A stretch of DNA of 64,000 nucleotides from Clostridia bacterium (GTDB lineage: Bacteria > Bacillota > Clostridia > Oscillospirales > CAG-272). Position 1 is the stretch's first letter; every line of letters starts with the position of its first letter. The translations under genes were made by a program, and so were the position numbers. A model generated the notes under the pieces. The model saw nothing but the letters and a program-made list of their open reading frames with translations, was not told where the DNA came from and searched no databases. Of the stretch, positions 1 to 10,653 are shown one piece after another. The DNA is taken from the NCBI GenBank assembly GCA_017556745.1, contig JAFYMF010000044.1:3784-67783 (forward strand), written 5' to 3'.

Positions 1-698
1 ATCATATCCGCCGTTACGGCGCGCACGGTACCTCCCACCGTTTCGTTTCCGGTGAGATGTGCAAGATCCTCGGCCGTACCGAGGGCACAAAGGTTGTTAC
101 CTGCCACCTTGGAAACGGTTCTTCCATTTCCGCAGTAAAGGACGGTAAGGTTCTTGATACCAGTATGGGATTCACTCCTCTTGACGGTATCGAGATGGGT
201 ACCCGTTGCGGTGCTATCGACCCCGCTATCGTTCCTTATATTATGGAAAAAGAGGGCTTCACTCCTGCGGAGATGAGCGACTTCATGAACAAGAAGTGCG
301 GTCTGCTTGGTGTATCAGGCGTGTCCTCTGACAGCCGCGACGTTGAGCAGGCTGCAGCAGAAGGAAACAAGAGAGCAATTCTTGCTACTAAGATCCTTGC
401 TTACCAGATCAAGAAGTTCATCGGCTCCTATGCAGCTGCTATGGGCGGTCTTGATGCTATCGTATTCACTGCAGGTCTCGGCGAGAACAATCCTCTCCTC
501 CGCGAGCGCGTTTGTGCTGACCTTGAGTTCCTTGGTGTAAAGATTGACAAGACTGCTAACGATGCAGCTCACCATCAGTCCAACACCATTAAGCTTTCTG
601 CAGGTGACTCTAAGGTTGATGTTTACTTGATCCCCACAAACGAGGAGCTTGTTATCGCATCTGATACCGAGGCTATTGCAAAGTCTCTCAAGAAATAA
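1..698 (+). CDS. ackA: Acetate kinase, 5'-partial
   Basis: Open frame from base 3: IRRYGAHGTSH, CHLGNGSS, SMGFTPLDG, GTRCG, FTAGLGEN, IPTNEEL motifs. Confidence 0.96.
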   Translation, partial: HIRRYGAHGTSHRFVSGEMCKILGRTEGTKVVTCHLGNGSSISAVKDGKVLDTSMGFTPLDGIEMGTRCGAIDPAIVPYIMEKEGFTPAEMSDFMNKKCGLLGVSGVSSDSRDVEQAAAEGNKRAILATKILAYQIKKFIGSYAAAMGGLDAIVFTAGLGENNPLLRERVCADLEFLGVKIDKTANDAAHHQSNTIKLSAGDSKVDVYLIPTNEELVIASDTEAIAKSLKK

Positions 699-710
699 TT
701 ATAAACAAAA

Positions 711-749
711 ATTAAAAGGCAATGCGCACATGCGCATTGCCTTTTAATT
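711..749. terminator. Bidirectional intrinsic terminator
   Basis: ATTAAAAGGCAATGCGCA / TGCGCATTGCCTTTTAAT inverted repeat between convergent genes. Confidence 0.85.
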
Positions 750-826
750 TTATGCTTATCTGACAAACGCATCCTTCTGTAATTATATCATCACACGTGA
801 TAAAAATCAACAGAAGCGTTTCCTTT

Positions 827-2854
827 TCAAAGAATTCGAAGTGCTCCGGTCGGACAGAGTTCAACACATCTGCCACAAGATTTGCAAATCTCGGTTTTAC
901 TGCTGTCTCTGAATTCAGGACGAATAACAGTGGTAAATCCTCTGCCAACAAGGCCAAGCAGACCTGCACCTACCTCCTCCGAACAAACCCTGACACAAAG
1001 GTTACAGAGTATACACTTGCCCTGATCTCTCTCAATAACACCAAGCTTCTGCTCTTTGTAGGATTCGTGCTCTGAACCGTCAAATCTATGAGGATCAATA
1101 GGAGCAAGATTAGCATAACGGATAAGCTTACATTCCTTATAGTCGTGGCATCCGCATTCAAGGCATCTGCCTGCCTCACGTCTCGCTATCTCCTCAGAGA
1201 AACCGTTAATCACCTGATCAAAGTTTCCTCTTCTTACCACAGGATCTTTAACCGGCATAATCGCACGAGGCCGCTTCTCTTTACCCGAGAACATTTCGGG
1301 AACTATCTTCTTCTCAGAATAATAAGGCTTATGAAAATCGATAGGCAAACCGATAAGATACGCATTTATTGCTTTTGCCGCAGTATTACCCTCAGCAATT
1401 GCATCAATAGCAATAGATGCACCTCGATTAGTTGCATCACCTGCTGCAAACACACCCTCAAGGGCCGTCGCACAATTTTTCTCATCTGCAGTAATTGTTC
1501 TTCTTGAAGAAAGAGGCAGCCCATCAAAACCAATGGGGTCGCATTTCTGTCCGATAGCAGAGATCAGAGTATCTATCTCGATAGTTTCAAACTTACCCTC
1601 GACAGGAATAGGAGAACGTCTGCCCGATGCATCAGGTTCTCCAAGCTCCATGATCTGAAGTCTGACAGCGGTAACCTTACCGTTCTCACCTACGATCTCA
1701 TCGGGATTAGTAAGGAATTTAAATTCAACACCTTCTTCTATTGCCTCAGTGATCTCAATATCCTCAGCAGGAGCCTCTGCTCTTGTTCTGCGGTAGATAA
1801 CATATACATTCTCCGCTCCACAGCGGATGGCAGTTCTGCAAGCATCCATAGCAGTGTTACCACCACCGACAACCGCAACATTTTTACCAATATCAACTTT
1901 TTCACCACAGTTAACGCGGCGAAGAAAATCAATGCCGCCGATAACACCGTCAAGATTCTCACCTGCGCAACCTATTCCGCTACTCTTCCACGCACCGATA
2001 GCAACAAGTACCGCATCTGAGTTTTCTCTTATCTCATCAAAGGTGATATCTCGACCAATCTTTACGTTATTTTTCATTTCAACGCCTGCACAGGATATCA
2101 TATCCACCTCTCGTGCAAGAACAGATGCAGGAAGTCTGTACTCAGGAATACCGTATCTGAGCATACCGCCCATCTCAGGCATAGCATCATACACAGTTAC
2201 ATTATGTCCGCAAAGACTTAAATAATATGCAGCACTAAGTCCTGCAGGTCCACCGCCGATAATTGAAACTACTTTTCCGCTATCAGGCTTTCTTTCGGGA
2301 ACGTATGGGTTTTCTGAAGCAAGATCGTTATCCGCCGCAAAAGCCTTAAGATATGCAATAGACAAAGGCTCCTCTACATATTTACGTCTGCAATTCTTTT
2401 CACAAGGGTGTGGGCAAACTCTTCCAATAGATGCGGGGAGGGGAATTTTTTCTTTTATTATACGTACCGCTTCTCTGTCGTCGCCATTTGCAATCGCTTT
2501 AAGATATCCCTGGACATCGGTACCTGCCGGACAGTGAAGTGAACAAGGTCCTTTACAGTCACCGTCATGGTCACTCATTATAAGCTCAAGAGCAATTTTT
2601 CTCGCTTCTCTTACTCTTGGTGTATCAGTACTAATGACCATTCCATCGATAGCAATGGCAGAACACGCGCGAAGGAGTTTGGGCATTCCCTCTGCTTCAA
2701 CTACGCAAAGACCGCACGCTCCATACACCTTGACACTTTTATCGTAGCACATGTTGGGAATCTCAATACCGTTTCGCATTGCGGCATTCAGTATGGTATC
2801 TCCCTTTTCAGCGGAGACAATTTTTCCGTTTATTGTAACTTTGATCTTTTCCAT
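827..2854 (-). CDS. FeS flavoprotein: N-terminal 2Fe-2S domain + GltD/NfnB-like FAD/NAD(P)H domain + C-terminal 2x[4Fe-4S] domain
   Basis: Start MEKIKVTING after GGAGG; CGLC, CKGPC..CP, GRVCPHPCE..C, IIGGGPAGL, VVGGGNTAMD, CLECGC, CILCNLC..C, CKSCGRC..CP. Confidence 0.88.
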   Translation of the reverse strand: MEKIKVTINGKIVSAEKGDTILNAAMRNGIEIPNMCYDKSVKVYGACGLCVVEAEGMPKLLRACSAIAIDGMVISTDTPRVREARKIALELIMSDHDGDCKGPCSLHCPAGTDVQGYLKAIANGDDREAVRIIKEKIPLPASIGRVCPHPCEKNCRRKYVEEPLSIAYLKAFAADNDLASENPYVPERKPDSGKVVSIIGGGPAGLSAAYYLSLCGHNVTVYDAMPEMGGMLRYGIPEYRLPASVLAREVDMISCAGVEMKNNVKIGRDITFDEIRENSDAVLVAIGAWKSSGIGCAGENLDGVIGGIDFLRRVNCGEKVDIGKNVAVVGGGNTAMDACRTAIRCGAENVYVIYRRTRAEAPAEDIEITEAIEEGVEFKFLTNPDEIVGENGKVTAVRLQIMELGEPDASGRRSPIPVEGKFETIEIDTLISAIGQKCDPIGFDGLPLSSRRTITADEKNCATALEGVFAAGDATNRGASIAIDAIAEGNTAAKAINAYLIGLPIDFHKPYYSEKKIVPEMFSGKEKRPRAIMPVKDPVVRRGNFDQVINGFSEEIARREAGRCLECGCHDYKECKLIRYANLAPIDPHRFDGSEHESYKEQKLGVIERDQGKCILCNLCVRVCSEEVGAGLLGLVGRGFTTVIRPEFRDSSKTEICKSCGRCVELCPTGALRIL

Positions 2855-2867
2855 TTTTATTGCCTCC

Positions 2868-4622
2868 TTAGTTAATAGTAACTGCACCAAACCTACAGGT
2901 CTTTCTGCAGTTATCACACTTTACGCAAAGTGTCGTATCTATTACATGTGTCTCCTTGACCTTACCAATGATTGCCTTTGTAGGACAGCCGCGGGCGCAA
3001 AGAGTACATCCAACGCACTTGTTGGGATCAATAGCATATCTGCGAAGTGCCGCACACTCCTTGGCAGGACAGCGCTTTTCATTTATATGAGCCTCATATT
3101 CATTTCTGAAATACTTAATAGTGGTAAGCACGGGGTTCGGCGCAGTCTGACCAAGTCCGCAAAGTGCTCCGTCTTTAACTGCCAAAGAAAGTTCCTCAAG
3201 CAGTTCTATGTCTCCTGTCTTACCCTCACCGTCAACTATTCTTGACAATATCTCCTGCATACGCTTGGTACCGATGCGACAGTGAACACATTTTCCGCAG
3301 GATTCAAGAGCGGTGAAGTCAAGGAAGAATTTAGCCATACCAACCATGCAGGTACTTTCGTCCATAACAACCATTCCGCCTGAACCCATTATTGCTCCGG
3401 TTGCGGCAAGAGCCTTATAATCGATAACAGTATCAAGCAATGATTCAGGAATACATCCGCCCGAGGGTCCACCCATCTGAACCGCTTTAAACTTTTTACC
3501 GTCTCTTATTCCACCACCAATACCGAATATAACATCTCTGAGGGTCTTACCCATGGGTATCTCCACAAGTCCGCCCTTCTTTATTTTTCCGGTAAGTGCA
3601 AACACCTTGGTACCCTTACTATTCTCGGTACCCATTGCGGCAAAAGCAGCACCGCCGTTATTTATTATCCATGTAATATTGGCATATGTTTCAACATTAT
3701 TAATGTTAGATGGAGAATCCATATATCCCTTTTCTGCAGGGAAAGGAGGCTTGAGCCTTGGCATACCCCTCTTACCTTCAAGGGACTCTATCAGAGCAGT
3801 CTCTTCTCCGCAAACAAATGCACCTGCACCGGCTTTGATCCTCATCTTACATGAAAATCCGCTTCCGAGAATATTGTCACCGAGGAAACCGTTTTTCCCA
3901 GCCGCAGCTATAGCAATTTCAAGATTTTTTATAGCAAGGGGGTATTCCGCCCTGACGTATACTATCATTTCTTTTGCGCCTATTGCATAAGCACCGATAA
4001 GCATACCCTCGATCAAGCTGTGTGGGTCAGACTCAATAAGAGCTCTGTCCATAAATGCACCGGGGTCACCCTCGTCTGCATTACATATAAGGTATTTATC
4101 TTCTCCACTACTGTTACGAGCGGCATTCCACTTAAACCAAGTGGGGAATCCTGCACCACCGCGTCCCGCAAGACCGGATATCTTTATCTCATTGATAACA
4201 TCCTCCGGTGTCATTGTTCCGAGAACTTTTTTAAGCGCAGAATAACCGTCAGCATTACAGTAATCGTCAATTGAAGTAGGATCAATAAGTCCACAGTGAC
4301 GAAGAGCTATACGAGTCTGCCCAATAAGAAATTCCTCATCATCAGAAGTTATGGTTATATCGTCCACAAGAGAGAAATCACCACTTCTCACAGAAGACAC
4401 GATATCCTCTGCTTTATCCTGAGTTACACGAACCAGTCGCTTAAAAAGAACCTCTCCATCATATATATCAACAATAGGTTCAAGATAGCACATACCTATG
4501 CATCCTGTGCTACCAAGAGAAAAGGAATCATTGGCGGTAATAAGATTCTCAATAGCACTATGTACTTTAAGTGCACCGGCAGCAATTCCGCATGAACCCT
4601 CACCTATAATAATACGCATCAT
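2868..4622 (-). CDS. NuoF/HydB-like FMN- and NADH-binding subunit
   Basis: GRGGAGFP, CNADEGDPGAFMDR, FVCGEETAL, SCGKCVHCRIG, two C-terminal ferredoxin motifs. Confidence 0.93.
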   Translation of the reverse strand: MMRIIIGEGSCGIAAGALKVHSAIENLITANDSFSLGSTGCIGMCYLEPIVDIYDGEVLFKRLVRVTQDKAEDIVSSVRSGDFSLVDDITITSDDEEFLIGQTRIALRHCGLIDPTSIDDYCNADGYSALKKVLGTMTPEDVINEIKISGLAGRGGAGFPTWFKWNAARNSSGEDKYLICNADEGDPGAFMDRALIESDPHSLIEGMLIGAYAIGAKEMIVYVRAEYPLAIKNLEIAIAAAGKNGFLGDNILGSGFSCKMRIKAGAGAFVCGEETALIESLEGKRGMPRLKPPFPAEKGYMDSPSNINNVETYANITWIINNGGAAFAAMGTENSKGTKVFALTGKIKKGGLVEIPMGKTLRDVIFGIGGGIRDGKKFKAVQMGGPSGGCIPESLLDTVIDYKALAATGAIMGSGGMVVMDESTCMVGMAKFFLDFTALESCGKCVHCRIGTKRMQEILSRIVDGEGKTGDIELLEELSLAVKDGALCGLGQTAPNPVLTTIKYFRNEYEAHINEKRCPAKECAALRRYAIDPNKCVGCTLCARGCPTKAIIGKVKETHVIDTTLCVKCDNCRKTCRFGAVTIN

Positions 4623-5119
4623 TTTTCACCATTCTCCTTTTCCTTTATGGTCTTGAGAACTTCAACTGCACTTTCCGGAGTAAGGTTGCCGTATGCCTCT
4701 CCGTTTATCATGATAACAGGAGCAAGAGAGCAACAACCGAGGCAAGCAACATTCTCAAGAGTAAAGAGACCATCAGCTGTAGTTTCACCGTGCTTTATAC
4801 CGAGATAATCAGCCACAGCCTCACTCACCCTTTTACTGCCGTTTACATGACACGCTGTTCCCTGACAGGACATTATAAGATATTTGCCTATAGGGGAAAG
4901 TCTAAACTGTGAATAAAATGTAGCCACGCCCATTACCTCAGCAGGTTTAGCGCCAAGGACGTCTGCCACGTGATAAATTACATCCTCCGGGAGGTAACCG
5001 TATATCTCCTGTGCCTTTTGGAGCACAGTAATAAGATTTTCCGGAACACAGGATATCTCTTCAAAAATATTATTTAACAGGGTAAGATCGCTCTTAGGTC
5101 CCTTGCAATTACAACTCAT
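4619..5119 (-). CDS. NuoE/HydC-like 2Fe-2S subunit
   Basis: GVATFYSQF, CQGTAC, CLGCCSLAP; overlaps the next gene by 4 bp. Confidence 0.93.
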   Translation of the reverse strand: MSCNCKGPKSDLTLLNNIFEEISCVPENLITVLQKAQEIYGYLPEDVIYHVADVLGAKPAEVMGVATFYSQFRLSPIGKYLIMSCQGTACHVNGSKRVSEAVADYLGIKHGETTADGLFTLENVACLGCCSLAPVIMINGEAYGNLTPESAVEVLKTIKEKENGEK

Positions 5120-5235
5120 TTATTTTCCTCCAATCTATGGATTTTAGCTGTTACTATTTTATTATATTTTACAGAAAAAATCAATTAAATTTCGGTAAAT
5201 ACATTATATTCCTTGATTATAACAGCTATATCAGT

Positions 5236-5276
5236 AAAAAATGCCGTTATCCTTTCTATCGGATAAACGGCATTTT
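5236..5276 (-). terminator. Intrinsic terminator
   Basis: AAAATGCCGTT-ATCC...GGAT-AAACGGCATTTT hairpin just after the GerA-family stop. Confidence 0.7.
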
Positions 5277-5279
5277 CGT

Positions 5280-6704
5280 TTAGTTTATCTTTTTTCTTCT
5301 TATAACAAGTCTCAGCATAGCCTTTCCGTTAAACGGAATAAGAGGATATAGATATCTGCGTTTTCCATTTACGGTATTATTGCTCGCAACAAGTACGATT
5401 ATCGTAACTATCCCTGCGATAAATCCCCATATACCAAAGATTGCGGTAAGAAGGAGCAGAAGCATTCGCATAAACTTAAATGCATATCCAAGCTCATAAC
5501 TCGGCTGAGAAAAGTTTGCAATAGCAACGAACGCCATATACAGTATAACCTCGGGTATAAGCCAGCCGGCCTTGACCGCAAAATCACCAAGTATCAACCC
5601 TCCCACAATAGACAGGGAGTTGTTAAGCATGCTGGGAGTATTAAGAGAGGCAAGTTTAAGTCCGTCTATAACAAATTCAACCATAAAGAGTTGAACGATT
5701 ATCGGAATCTCCCCACTCTCCGGAGGTATAACAAAAGTGAGCCATTCGGGCAAATATGACGGATATTTGAGAGCAAGATACCAGAGAGGAGTTATTAGCA
5801 TTGTAAGCCAAAATACGAAATGCCTCAGTATACGCATATAACTTCCGGTGAGAGGAGGAAAATAATAATCGTCTGTCTCCTGAAGAAAGTCAAAAATAGA
5901 AGTAGGCAGTATCATTGCTTCAGGGGAATTATCACAAAGAAGAATAAGGCTTCCTTCAAGCAATTGTGCTGCAGCACAGTCAGGTCGCTCGGTAGAACGT
6001 ATCTTAGGAAACGGATTATACCATTTTGTTTTTATGAGGCACTCTGCAAGACTCTGATGCCCCATAACGAGAGAATCACAATTTATGTTTTTTAGTTTTT
6101 CCGTTATTTCAGCAACATATTTTTCATCGGCTCTGTCCTTCATATAGCATAGTGCAAGATCTGTCTTTCCGGCGCCACCTGCATTAATATACTTTACTGT
6201 AAGTGATGTATCTCTGATACGTCGCCGAATAAGTGCAGTATTAAATATTAAAGTTTCGACAAACCCATCTCTGCTACCACGCATAACGCGATCATTTTCC
6301 GGCTCATCCATGGATCTTACAGGATAACTTCTCAGATCAATAGCAATAGCCTTATCTCCAAATGTTTCGAGGAACATGACAGCCCCGCCTGACATAACCA
6401 TAAACTCTGCCGCTTCAAAGTTATCTATAACATCTACCTCAATATACGGAAGATTGATAAGAGAGAACTTCTCAGCAGTCATGGTATCGTCAAAATCTTT
6501 AAGTCCTATAAAGTACTGCATAAGTCTCTGCATCGTTCCATCTTTAACGAATCCATCTATATAATAGAATATCGCCGAACAACCACCTATACGCATTTCC
6601 CTTGCAATGACGTCAAAACTGTCTTCGGGGTGTATACGACTGTTCATAATATTGATGTTTTCAAAAAACGAATTCATCATCCCTGTTTTTTTACTTTCAG
6701 GCAT
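5280..6704 (-). CDS. GerA/SpoVAF-family spore germination membrane protein
   Basis: EPENDRVMRGSRDGFVE, LIRRRIRD, TERPD, C-terminal TM helices, YLYPLIPFN. Confidence 0.9.
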   Translation of the reverse strand: MPESKKTGMMNSFFENINIMNSRIHPEDSFDVIAREMRIGGCSAIFYYIDGFVKDGTMQRLMQYFIGLKDFDDTMTAEKFSLINLPYIEVDVIDNFEAAEFMVMSGGAVMFLETFGDKAIAIDLRSYPVRSMDEPENDRVMRGSRDGFVETLIFNTALIRRRIRDTSLTVKYINAGGAGKTDLALCYMKDRADEKYVAEITEKLKNINCDSLVMGHQSLAECLIKTKWYNPFPKIRSTERPDCAAAQLLEGSLILLCDNSPEAMILPTSIFDFLQETDDYYFPPLTGSYMRILRHFVFWLTMLITPLWYLALKYPSYLPEWLTFVIPPESGEIPIIVQLFMVEFVIDGLKLASLNTPSMLNNSLSIVGGLILGDFAVKAGWLIPEVILYMAFVAIANFSQPSYELGYAFKFMRMLLLLLTAIFGIWGFIAGIVTIIVLVASNNTVNGKRRYLYPLIPFNGKAMLRLVIRRKKIN

Positions 6705-6893
6705 ATCTATTCCTCTCTGCAATTACCTTATTGTATTTTGTATTTTTCCCCTCCTTTCCGGTTTTATGCAGATATGTGACTGTCATCTAATATAATATCC
6801 TCATTACCATACAAGCATATTTGTACATTAATTATTTAAAACGTAACAAAAAAACCAAAAGCAAAAATGCTTTTGGTTTTTTTATTATTAATA

Positions 6894-7718
6894 TCAGTTT
6901 TCAGCACCGTCACCGAGAATATACTCGTTAACTATAGCTTCGATTTTTTTCTCACTTTCAAGGGCAGCAATTGCAGAATTTGTCTTGGATAAAATACCAC
7001 TACTAGTGTCCTTCACAAATAAGACAAAATCCAAACTGTAGTACTCATCAGGAAGAAGTCTGAGACCGTTTTCAGAGACATAAGCATCGTTAACTATTTT
7101 ATCATTATGTTCATCAACGACCATAGCATCAATCTCACCGTTCTTAACCGCCTCAACACCGGTCTCATAATCAGAATAGGTAATTACATTATCCTCACCA
7201 AAGCGACTAACTGCATTCTGCATAGCAACAGAACCCTCGAGGATACCGACCTTTTTGCTGCTTTGAATAGCAAGATCATAAAGTCTATATATTCTGGAAG
7301 AACCAGAAACAAGAAGGACAAATTTATTGGAAACCAAAACCTGAGACGAAAAAATAGATTTTGCAGATTCCTCATCAATATAAGTATCTGCAGGAGCAAG
7401 AACTGCAGCATATTCATTCTTTATGAGTCCTGCTATAGCATCGTTACTGTCAACAATTTTAAGTTCAAGATCCTCGTCATTTTTTTCTGCGATCTTAGCA
7501 AGAATATCTACGCAAATACCGGACACCTTGTCCTCAACACTGTAAACATACGGGTTACCGAACAAACTAACAGCAACAGAATACTTGGTATCGTCAACCT
7601 CATCTTTATCATCATTCTGATCATCGACACTACTGTCAGAACAGCTAACAAAAGACAAAATAGAAAGTATAGTTGCCACGCAAAGAAGCAAAGATATAAG
7701 CTTACCAAAATTCTTCAT
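6894..7718 (-). CDS. Amino-acid-type ABC substrate-binding lipoprotein (SBP family 3)
   Basis: Lipobox FVSC; GICVDIL, KVGILEGS, AVKNGEIDA motifs; orphan, no permease adjacent. Confidence 0.7.
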   Translation of the reverse strand: MKNFGKLISLLLCVATILSILSFVSCSDSSVDDQNDDKDEVDDTKYSVAVSLFGNPYVYSVEDKVSGICVDILAKIAEKNDEDLELKIVDSNDAIAGLIKNEYAAVLAPADTYIDEESAKSIFSSQVLVSNKFVLLVSGSSRIYRLYDLAIQSSKKVGILEGSVAMQNAVSRFGEDNVITYSDYETGVEAVKNGEIDAMVVDEHNDKIVNDAYVSENGLRLLPDEYYSLDFVLFVKDTSSGILSKTNSAIAALESEKKIEAIVNEYILGDGAEN

Positions 7719-8425
7719 GCAAATAATTCCTCCACACACAGAAATCAAATACGTAAATTAACATTATGTATTATACTGTATATGAATTACGAAAGAAATA
7801 ACAATATGTAAATTAATTGTTGCTAAAAGTACCATATTATATTATCAAGGATAAAATGATCACAATATAGATTAACGAAACATGAAATGACTTTTATTTC
7901 TATAAATATACCTATCAAACGGCATCTTATAAACTCTAATTGTCCATGTACCTCAGCCAAACATGCACTTAAAGATAAACATTTATATCCTTAAACCAAC
8001 CGCGAGAGCTACAATACATAATTATGCTCAACCGTTGATTATTAATAAATAACAGCCGTGACCACTGTCTCACCCACGCAAGTTATCATACTATGTAAAA
8101 ACATCTTACTGTCAAAAGAAAAATTCGCAAGTAATTCTAACAATCACAAAACAATACTACTGCCACAAATATGGCGGTCACCTAATAACACATAACCTTA
8201 TATGAAGAAGACATCACTAATCTTTACTGCTAGTTCAATACATTAAAGAATTTACAACCACAGTCATCAAGTTATAACCAATAATGCACCATCTCTCCTA
8301 ACTCATCATCGATTTATGTTGGATTCCTTGTTACCTTACACATAGAGAAAAAGCATACAACGGTAAGTCCCCTTCAACAACAAAAGCTCTTTGTGGAATC
8401 ATTTAACCGGTGAATCATTTTCATA

Positions 8426-8458
8426 AAAAAAAACGGAAGGGTAAACCCTTCCGTTTTT
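8426..8458 (-). terminator. Intrinsic terminator
   Basis: AAAAACGGAAGGG-TAAA-CCCTTCCGTTTTT. Confidence 0.85.
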
Positions 8459-8477
8459 ATGTTATTTAAGTATTAAC

Positions 8478-9569
8478 TTATCTAACCTTCTTTGCAACTA
8501 CAACGCCTGCAAGAGCGAGAGTAGCAAGAACAGCGATACCTGCAACAGCTACGTCAGAGGTCTGAGGAGCGTCGGAAGCAGGAGCCTTGGTGGTCTCAGG
8601 AGCCTTGGTGGTCTCGGGAGCCTTGGTAGTATCGGGAGCCTTGGTGGTATCGGGAGCAGCAGTGGTATCGGGAGCTGCAGTGGTCTCTGCGGGAGTGGTA
8701 TCTGCAGGAGCTGCAGAACCGCCCTTAAGCTCTACATACCAGAAGTTCTGAGGCTCCCAGCCGGACTGAAGAACACCCTCAACATCATCGTTTGCAGCCG
8801 CCTCAACGGAGGACTTACCGTTGGGGTCGGAGCAAAGGAATACCTGGTCGAACTGAAGACCGTCGAAGAGCTGGATGCAAAGAGATACCTTAGTACCATC
8901 AGCGTAAGAGAAAGTCTTACCGCCAAGCTTATCAGCTGCGGGAAGCTTAATCTTTATCTCAGCGATGTAACCGTAAGCGGTGTTAACAACACAACCGTCG
9001 GAAATGAAGCCGCCCTCTTCGGACCACTCCATAGGAAGATCCTCGGAGTTACGGAAACCACCGAAGTCCTCGTAGCAGTTGTAGAACCAACCGCCAAGCT
9101 CAGGCATGCTCTGAGTGGGGGTTGCACGGTACTGGTTAACGTCAGCCATGGAGTCGGGATAGTACTTGATAACGCCTTCGCCGTCACCATTGTTCCAACC
9201 GATAAAGAACTCAACACAGTCAACGTCCCAACCCTGCTGCTGCATGTACTGCATCATAGAGGTTGCCTCAGCGGTGTTGTCCTTTACGTCAGCGCAAAGG
9301 TAAAGGTAAATGCCGTCCCAAACAAGATAAACGGTACCTACAGTACCCTTGATGTTATCCTTGTCGGAAGCGGGAAGGATGGAGTCAACAGCAACAGCCG
9401 CGCTGGTCTTGTAAGCAGCGTCGATTGCACCGTCGATCACGATGGAGCCGGGCTCAACGAAAGAAACGTCACCCTTGGGGAACTTCTGTCCGTTGGAACC
9501 AGCACTAGCTACTATTGCCATAGAAGCAACAACAGCTATGAGAAGTGCGATGCTAAGAAGTTTTTTCAT
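8478..9569 (-). CDS. Secreted, surface-anchored CBM9/DOMON-like sugar-binding protein
   Basis: Signal peptide; IVIDGAID..Y, VWDG.YLYL.ADV.D, DCVEFFI; P/T-rich linker; APQTSD + TM + KKVR tail. Confidence 0.7.
   Translation of the reverse strand: MKKLLSIALLIAVVASMAIVASAGSNGQKFPKGDVSFVEPGSIVIDGAIDAAYKTSAAVAVDSILPASDKDNIKGTVGTVYLVWDGIYLYLCADVKDNTAEATSMMQYMQQQGWDVDCVEFFIGWNNGDGEGVIKYYPDSMADVNQYRATPTQSMPELGGWFYNCYEDFGGFRNSEDLPMEWSEEGGFISDGCVVNTAYGYIAEIKIKLPAADKLGGKTFSYADGTKVSLCIQLFDGLQFDQVFLCSDPNGKSSVEAAANDDVEGVLQSGWEPQNFWYVELKGGSAAPADTTPAETTAAPDTTAAPDTTKAPDTTKAPETTKAPETTKAPASDAPQTSDVAVAGIAVLATLALAGVVVAKKVR
8580..8705 (-). repeat. 18-bp coding tandem repeats (AP[D/E]TT[K/A])
   Basis: About seven imperfect copies of GGAGCCTTGGTGGTCTCG-like units. 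Confidence 0.85.
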
Positions 9570-9885
9570 GCTAAATTACCTCCTAAATTTTTTATACACC
9601 CATAGTATACACAAATATTAATTGTTTGTCAAGATAATTTTACAAAATTATTTCATGATTTGAGCGAAATGCGACCTATCCCCAGAGGCTCAGATGACTG
9701 ATTTACTGTAATGTCAGAGCTGTGTTTTTTAACAATTTCCTATGTTTTCCAAGTTCTTATATATTATATATAATCAAATGTAGGAAATATTATATTATTT
9801 TAGAGAAATGCGATTGCATATTGATTTTCTTGACTGTTTATAATATAATCATTGTAGATATTTTTTGTTTAAGATCGGAGAAAAG

Positions 9886-10653
9886 ATGAGCTTTTCAATG
9901 TCAGATGTGGCGAACCTTATCAGAAGTATTGCCGGAAAGCCAAAGAAAAACTATTATACCTCTGCCATTGTGCTTGCCGGTGGCTCCGGTACCAGAATGG
10001 GAGAACTCGAAACGACCAAGCAGATGCTTGATATTGATGGAATTCCGGTAGTTGTCCGGTCTCTCCTGGCATTTGAATCTTGTCCCATCATCGACGAGAT
10101 AATTGTTGCCGCGAAAAAGGATGAGATCCCCATTTACAAGGAGTTTCACAAAAAATACAAACTCAGCAAGCTTAAAACCGTGGTTCCCGGTGGCGAAACC
10201 CGCCAGGCGTCTGTATTCTCTGCCTTGAGGGCAGTAGACGAAAAGTCAGAGTTTGTGGCTATTCACGACGGAGCAAGATGTTGCATTACCCCCGAGATGA
10301 TAGAAATAACCGCAAAAAGCGCGTATAAATGCGGGGCTGCAGCCGCAGCTTCCAGGGTAAGTGACACCGTAAAGATAGTCGACAAAAACGGATATATAGA
10401 AAAAACTATTGACCGAGATACAGTATGGCTTGTCTCTACCCCACAGATAATAAAAACCGATATCTACCGTGCCTGCGCCTATTCAGCAAGAGAAAACGGA
10501 CTTCTTGCCACCGACGATTGCGGTCTCTTGGAGGCACACGGCTTTAAAATAAAACTTTGTGATGTTGGTAAAGACAATATAAAGATAACCAAAAAAGAAG
10601 ATATTTCTGCCGCCAAGGCTATTCTTTCAAAGAGAACGGAGGAACAGAAATGA
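9886..10653 (+). CDS. ispD: 2-C-methyl-D-erythritol 4-phosphate cytidylyltransferase
   Basis: [37 protein letters not shown]. Confidence 0.95.
   Translation: MSFSMSDVANLIRSIAGKPKKNYYTSAIVLAGGSGTRMGELETTKQMLDIDGIPVVVRSLLAFESCPIIDEIIVAAKKDEIPIYKEFHKKYKLSKLKTVVPGGETRQASVFSALRAVDEKSEFVAIHDGARCCITPEMIEITAKSAYKCGAAAAASRVSDTVKIVDKNGYIEKTIDRDTVWLVSTPQIIKTDIYRACAYSARENGLLATDDCGLLEAHGFKIKLCDVGKDNIKITKKEDISAAKAILSKRTEEQK

Noticed and set aside
827-2854. [FeFe]-hydrogenase or formate dehydrogenase catalytic subunit
   Set aside because: No H-cluster motifs and no molybdopterin domain
7750-8420. Replication origin or riboswitch
   Set aside because: No clustered DnaA boxes or recognisable aptamer motifs seen
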